Shown: positions 59,237 to 64,000 of the stretch, one piece after another
Numbering within the stretch: the first letter of the stretch is position 1
Layout of the letters: each line of letters starts with the position of its first letter
Source of the DNA: Candidatus Peribacteraceae bacterium
Lineage (GTDB): Bacteria; Patescibacteriota; Gracilibacteria; Peribacterales; Peribacteraceae
Direction: 5' to 3'
Assembly (NCBI GenBank): GCA_035547395.1
Contig: DASZVA010000010.1
Location: forward strand, 8,178-72,177
Length of the DNA stretch: 64,000 nt
Made by a program: the position numbers and the translations under genes
The notes under the pieces: model-generated
Database searches by the model: none
What the model saw: the letters and a program-made list of their open reading frames with translations, nothing else
Told to the model about the DNA's origin: nothing

Positions 59237-60229
59237 ATGCCGACCCTCGACGATCTTCATGAGACCTATGAAGAACTTGCACAGTCACATGTGGACGGCG
59301 TCGCGGGCGTGCGGCTGCTTGGAGACGGCAATGGAAAGACGGTGATCGTCAGCTGCATGACACACGGCAACGAACCCTGCGGCCTCGCGTTCATACGATA
59401 CCTCTTGCTTCATCCGGACGTCGCCGCGCGCATTCGCGGCACATTGATCGTGAGCATCAATAATCTCGAAGGAGCCAGGCGATTTTTTGCGGCCGCCACG
59501 CCCGAAGAACGCAAAAAGGCGCGCGTGCTGGATGCGAACATGAATCGTCTGCCGACGGATGCGCCAAAGAGCGCGTCGACTGCATACGAACTGCAGCGAT
59601 TTGCGCAGCTGTATCCCATCTTTCAACGGGCGGAAGCGGGGCTCGATCTGCACAGCTTTCCCGCGGACGGTCCGCCGATGATCATCGACGTGAAAGGGGA
59701 CGCGTCCGCGATTGAGCGCGTCTCGGATCCGCTGCCGGTCACCGTCTGGGTGAAGGGGATTACGCAGCATCAGGAGGGACATCCGATCGGATGGTTCTAT
59801 GGAGGAGCGGGGAGCGACGTTCCCGTTTTCGAAGTCGAGTGCGGCGTGCATCTGGACCCCGCGGCGTTCGACACGGCGGTGCGTTCAGGGCTGGCATATC
59901 TGGTCGGTCTCGGGATGCTCGACCTGCCGCACGCGACGGAACTCAGGATGCAGGATGTGTTTCATGTGCAAAAGAGTATTCATTTTCCGAATCTCAGTTA
60001 TGAGCTGCTGCGCCTCTATGACAACTTCGACGTGATAGCGGAAGGGGAAATCATCGCTACGGGCGACGACGGCGACATCGTCGCGGACCGCGAATACCGG
60101 GCTCTGTTTGGCAGGCGAACAGTGCGTTTTACACAACAGGAGGAGATCGCGTTTGAAATAACCTGGCTCACTGATCCGCCGGTACATCGCCAGAAGAAGC
60201 AGATCGTGTTCGATGCGCTTGATGTGTGA
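59237..60229 (+). CDS. Succinylglutamate desuccinylase/aspartoacylase (M14-like) family protein
   Basis: HGNE..G, N.NR, LDLHS, E.G.H. Confidence 0.88.
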   Translation: MPTLDDLHETYEELAQSHVDGVAGVRLLGDGNGKTVIVSCMTHGNEPCGLAFIRYLLLHPDVAARIRGTLIVSINNLEGARRFFAAATPEERKKARVLDANMNRLPTDAPKSASTAYELQRFAQLYPIFQRAEAGLDLHSFPADGPPMIIDVKGDASAIERVSDPLPVTVWVKGITQHQEGHPIGWFYGGAGSDVPVFEVECGVHLDPAAFDTAVRSGLAYLVGLGMLDLPHATELRMQDVFHVQKSIHFPNLSYELLRLYDNFDVIAEGEIIATGDDGDIVADREYRALFGRRTVRFTQQEEIAFEITWLTDPPVHRQKKQIVFDALDV

Positions 60230-60644
60230 TGAGCCAAAGGCAGCCAATGACGAGTGGCGGAATAGTGATCATCTGCGCTACCGGCGAGAGTCCGACGTTC
60301 ACGATCGGAATGATCGGCATGGCGTCACTGTATAGCCAGCGGTGATTCACATAGACTGCCCAGAGCTCAAAAGAGATGGCGATCAACGCGCCGAGCATTA
60401 CGGCGATGATCCACGTCGCGGGATGTTGATATGCTTCACGCCGATTGACCCATCCCCAATCACGATGCACGCACGCGAGCGCGAGGTAGATGATGATCAT
60501 GAAGAGCATGTCGCCGGTCGCCGTCGCTTCGATCAATCGCAATTCTTTGTGCCATCCGGCGATGTGCCACACATAGAGCGTCGACTGCGCGTTCTCCCAA
60601 GTGAAATTCAGGATGAAGCTGAGGATCAGATACAAAAACGGCAT
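60168..60644 (-). CDS. Membrane protein
   Basis: LNF.WE.AQ..LY, GD, E..A.....W.Y...MP.....GLSP..Q pattern; about 4 TMs. Confidence 0.75.
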   Translation of the reverse strand: MPFLYLILSFILNFTWENAQSTLYVWHIAGWHKELRLIEATATGDMLFMIIIYLALACVHRDWGWVNRREAYQHPATWIIAVMLGALIAISFELWAVYVNHRWLYSDAMPIIPIVNVGLSPVAQMITIPPLVIGCLWLITHQAHRTRSASSGDVPADQ

Positions 60645-60662
60645 CGATGCGACTCTATCAGC

Positions 60663-61076
60663 TCACAAAAATTTTTTATATTCATGAAAATCTTTCTGAT
60701 ATTCCTGCCCCACCTTCATCACGTTGTGCTTGATGCCGCAGGCGTAGGCTTCCGTCTGATGCGCCGTCGCCGTCATCCACGCAAGTACGCCATTAGCGTA
60801 GCCGCAATAGACGCAGTTGAGCCGCTGCACCCCGTTCAGTTTTTTCAGCTTTCCCCGGTCGACACTCAGATAATCATGCAGGCGGATTTTTGGAATGTCA
60901 TAAATCGAAAACGCGATCAATTGGTACAGCCAACAGAGCGCGTGGCAGACAACGAGCGGGAAGAATGCGAGATAGATCACGAGATTGGCGATCCAGCACA
61001 GCAGAAAAAATTTCGTCCCCAATGTTTTGCCCGGTGCGCCGACAGACAGGTCCATGCGGTACAGTCTACCACGCAT
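60663..61076 (-). CDS. Conserved membrane-associated protein with CxYC motif
   Basis: YQ...F..Y.IP......Y...DR..L..LN....NC.YCGYANG...E.Y.C.IKH. Start uncertain. Confidence 0.7.
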   Translation of the reverse strand: MRGRLYRMDLSVGAPGKTLGTKFFLLCWIANLVIYLAFFPLVVCHALCWLYQLIAFSIYDIPKIRLHDYLSVDRGKLKKLNGVQRLNCVYCGYANGVLAWMTATAHQTEAYACGIKHNVMKVGQEYQKDFHEYKKFL

Positions 61077-61158
61077 CGCATGTTTCTGCGGTATTTACGG
61101 TATTTTTTTACATTGCTCAGGGCGCTCAAACGTCGCATGATGCAGGCCCTCGACGCAT

Positions 61159-62403
61159 ATGAGAACGCACGATCCGTACAAAGCACTGCGCAGCCGCAAC
61201 TATGCGTTCTTTCTGCTTGGCAACGTGCTGGACAGCATCGGCAACCAGATGCAGGTGGTGGCGGTGGGATGGGAGCTCTATCTGCGCACGCATTCTGCGG
61301 CCGTGCTCGGCTTTGCCGGGTTGGTCCAGTTCATTCCGGTACTGCTTCTGGCGCTGCCCGTCGGACATGCGGCGGATCGGTACAACCGAAAGACGATGGT
61401 GCTCATCGCGGAAATCATCACCGCGATCGCGGCTGGCGGGCTCGCAGTGTTCTCCGCGCTGCATGTGGCATTTTACTTCTACTACAGCTGCGTGTTCCTG
61501 CTCGGAGTCAGTCTCTCCATCAACATGACGAGCAGGTCGTCGCTGCTGCCGTCGCTCGTCCCCAAAGACGCGCTGACGAACGCAATCACGTGGAACAGCA
61601 ACGGACGCCAGGTGGCGACCATGGCGGGGCCCGCGATCGGCGGACTTATCATCGCGATTACGGGCGGGTCGTTTTGGGTGTATGTGATCGATGCGCTCAG
61701 CTCGCTCGCGTTCATCCTCCTGCTTCTGCCGCTCAAGATTCCGTATCAAAAACCGCAGCAGAGAGAAAAAATATCGCTGCATTCCCTGCTGGTCGGCGCC
61801 CGTTTCATTTGGGAAACGCCGCTCATTCTGGCCACGATCACGTTGGATCTGTTTGCTGTGCTGCTCGGGGGAGCCACGTCGCTGCTGCCGATATACGCCA
61901 CAGATATCCTGCACGTGGGAGCGCAGGGACTCGGCTGGCTGCGCGCAGCGCCGTCCGTCGGGTCGATGATCATGGCTGTTGCCATTGCGCACCTTCCAGC
62001 CATGCGCCGGGCAGGTCCGACGTTGCTGCTCGCAGTCGGCGGGTTCGGCATCGCGACGATTCTGTTCGGTCTCTCCAAAAATTTCTATCTCTCGATTGCG
62101 ATGCTTATTTTGACGGGCGCGTTCGACACGATCAGCGTCGTCATCCGCAGTTCGCTCGTCCAGATCAGGACGCCCAATCACATGCTGGGACGGGTGTCGG
62201 CTATCAATTCCGTATTCATCGGCTCGTCGAATCAGCTGGGGGAATTCGAATCGGGAACCGTCGCACAATTTTTCGGCGCGGTTGCATCGGCCGTGAGCGG
62301 CGGCATCGGCACGATCATTGTGGTCGCATCGGTCGCTCTCATCTGGCCGCAGGTCAGGCAGCTCACGACGCTCGATCAAGCGGCGGAGACGACAAAGTCG
62401 TGA
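61159..62403 (+). CDS. MFS transporter
   Basis: About 12 TMs; G..ADRY.RK motif A; P..MLGRV. Confidence 0.92.
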   Translation: MRTHDPYKALRSRNYAFFLLGNVLDSIGNQMQVVAVGWELYLRTHSAAVLGFAGLVQFIPVLLLALPVGHAADRYNRKTMVLIAEIITAIAAGGLAVFSALHVAFYFYYSCVFLLGVSLSINMTSRSSLLPSLVPKDALTNAITWNSNGRQVATMAGPAIGGLIIAITGGSFWVYVIDALSSLAFILLLLPLKIPYQKPQQREKISLHSLLVGARFIWETPLILATITLDLFAVLLGGATSLLPIYATDILHVGAQGLGWLRAAPSVGSMIMAVAIAHLPAMRRAGPTLLLAVGGFGIATILFGLSKNFYLSIAMLILTGAFDTISVVIRSSLVQIRTPNHMLGRVSAINSVFIGSSNQLGEFESGTVAQFFGAVASAVSGGIGTIIVVASVALIWPQVRQLTTLDQAAETTKS

Positions 62404-62443
62404 TCCTCATTGCAGTGATCCATGAAAGCAGTACCATGACTCC

Positions 62444-62932
62444 ATGCGATTCTCTTCATCATCTCCTACATTACTCAAGACCGCCGTGTACGCATCGCCG
62501 ATTGGAGCGGTGCTACTCGTGGCATCCGATATAGGACTGCGGGAGATCAGTTTCTTGAGCACAAATTCAGAACAGGAATTTTCGCATGATACAGGACTCG
62601 ATCCGTTTTATGATCAGATAAAAGAGTACTTTGAAGGAAGCCGAAAGCAGTTTGATCTGCCGCTTGATCCGGTGGGAACGGATTTTCAGAAAGCAGTGTG
62701 GACAGCCGCGACGCGCATTCCCTACGGTCAGACCGTTTTTTACGAAGACGTTGCGCGAAGAATCGGGTCCCCGCTCGCCATGCGTGCGGTTGGCACGGCA
62801 CTCAAGATGAATCCGCTCTGGCTGGTCGTTCCATGTCACCGCGTTCTCCCCAAGAGCGGGGGAATGGGCGGTTATGCCGGAGGAGTGGAACGGAAGGAGT
62901 GGTTGCTGAAGCACGAACAACAACATTCTTGA
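62444..62932 (+). CDS. ogt: Methylated-DNA-protein-cysteine methyltransferase
   Basis: GT.FQ..VW, IPYG, RAVG.A...NP, PCHRV, LL.HE. Confidence 0.95.
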   Translation: MRFSSSSPTLLKTAVYASPIGAVLLVASDIGLREISFLSTNSEQEFSHDTGLDPFYDQIKEYFEGSRKQFDLPLDPVGTDFQKAVWTAATRIPYGQTVFYEDVARRIGSPLAMRAVGTALKMNPLWLVVPCHRVLPKSGGMGGYAGGVERKEWLLKHEQQHS

Positions 62933-62948
62933 TGCAATATCGAAGGTC

Positions 62949-63152
62949 TTCCATTTCTTTGTCTCCAGCGACAAAGAAATGGAGAAAGAAAACGCCGCCG
63001 CACGCCAATGTGCCCACTCCGCCCCCCGCCCGTACCGAACGCGGTACGTTCGGGCGGGCGCTCTGTGATTTCCTCGCTTCGGCATCCGCATCGCTTCGTC
63101 ATGTGACGCTGCGCGTCACGAAACAGAGCTTCCCCTTCACCCCTGACGAAAA
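62949..63152. repeat. Palindromic intergenic repeat (REP/MITE-like), copy 2
   Basis: Same head as the 20812 copy; internal GC hairpins; ends CACCCCTGACGAAAA, which also occurs at 11439-11453. Confidence 0.7.
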
Positions 63153-63269
63153 CGTATTGCGGCTTTGAATGAGCCAAAACACCTCTTTTATATTGCTTTT
63201 CGGTGAGTTTGCTTTACTATGCCCCGGTCCACGCCGTCGGGCGCGGTTTTCCGCATTTTTCTGCTACGT

Positions 63270-64000
63270 ATGGAGATTCGAAACATTGCCATCATTGCTC
63301 ACGTCGACCACGGCAAGACGACGCTCGTTGATGCACTGCTCAAGCAGGGCGGGGCGTTTGCCGCGCACGAACAGGTGGGGGAGCTGATCATGGACAGCAA
63401 CGATCAGGAGCGCGAGCGCGGCATTACCATTTATGCCAAAAACACGTCGATCCGTTATAAAGACTGCAAGATCAACATCGTCGATACGCCGGGCCACGCG
63501 GATTTCGGATCGGAAGTGGAGCGCATTTTGCGCACGGTCGACTGCGTGCTGCTGCTCGTCGACGCGCAGGAGGGTCCCATGCCGCAGACGAAATTCGTGC
63601 TCAAGAAATCGCTGGAACTGGGGCTGAAGCCGATTGTCATCATCAACAAGATCGACAAACCCGCGGCGCGCCCGATGCAGGTGGTCGATATGGTTTTTGA
63701 TCTCTTCGTCGCGCTCGGCGCCAATGATCAGCAACTCGATTTCCCGTATCTGTTCGCCATCGCGCGCGAGGGCATTGCGAAGAAAACGCTCGACGATCCG
63801 TCGACCGATCTGACGCCGCTCTTCGAGCTCATCATGAAGCACGTGCCTCCGGCGGAGCAGAATACCGATGCGGTCTTCCGCATGCAGCCGAGCAGCCTCG
63901 GCTATGACAATTACGTCGGGCGCCTGGCGGTGGGCCGCGTGTACGAAGGTATCGCGAGAGTGAATGACAAAGTGTATGTGAAGGATGCGGACGGCAAGAC
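63270..64000 (+). CDS. typA: Translational GTPase TypA/BipA (3'-truncated by window edge)
   Basis: [50 protein letters not shown]. Confidence 0.95.
   Translation, partial: MEIRNIAIIAHVDHGKTTLVDALLKQGGAFAAHEQVGELIMDSNDQERERGITIYAKNTSIRYKDCKINIVDTPGHADFGSEVERILRTVDCVLLLVDAQEGPMPQTKFVLKKSLELGLKPIVIINKIDKPAARPMQVVDMVFDLFVALGANDQQLDFPYLFAIAREGIAKKTLDDPSTDLTPLFELIMKHVPPAEQNTDAVFRMQPSSLGYDNYVGRLAVGRVYEGIARVNDKVYVKDADGK

Noticed and set aside
60342-62534. 730-aa + strand ORF and other long overlapping or antisense ORFs (e.g. 13706-15511, 23315-25063, 36133-37269)
   Set aside because: Shadow frames of well-supported genes in GC-rich coding DNA, with no protein motifs.

Overview
The window looks like chromosomal DNA from a Patescibacteria/CPR bacterium, most likely Peribacteria/Peregrinibacteria-like (inferred from gene content, the lack of Shine-Dalgarno sites and the RpoA N-terminus). 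TGA is used as a stop, so the code is table 11. It carries the distal ribosomal cluster (rplO-secY-adk-[insert]-map-infA-rpmJ-rpsM-rpsK-rpsD-rpoA-rplQ-rplM-rpsI). Housekeeping genes include nfi, an otsAB fusion, dprA, tpiA, rpiB, rpe, ftsH, a P3A H+-ATPase, rel, ligA, pilT, polX, ogt and typA, plus tRNA-Thr(CGT) and tRNA-Leu(GAG). An AT-rich accessory block spans about 43.3-52.1 kb. The strongest finding is a three-tier methionine/SAM leader on the minus strand (58396-58775): a transcription-terminating SAM-I riboswitch, a Met-rich 6-codon uORF (MLMTAM), then a second SAM-I riboswitch that appears to act on translation. It sits upstream of an unrecognised 269-aa protein with no internal Met. 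Other notable items: (i) a candidate signal-synthesis and sensing island (AdoMetDC-like enzyme, DUF2156 aminoacyl-transferase, EamA exporter, stand-alone multi-TM receptor, GAF histidine kinase); (ii) a TrmB regulator fused to two extracellular Cache-like sensors; (iii) a 1492-aa protein with a planctomycete-type LEPR-XLL-like motif and C-terminal CHAP domain, next to a lipoprotein; (iv) a FliA/WhiG sigma factor with a long N-terminal extension; (v) pervasive leaderless promoter architecture. All calls were made by eye, with no database searches.
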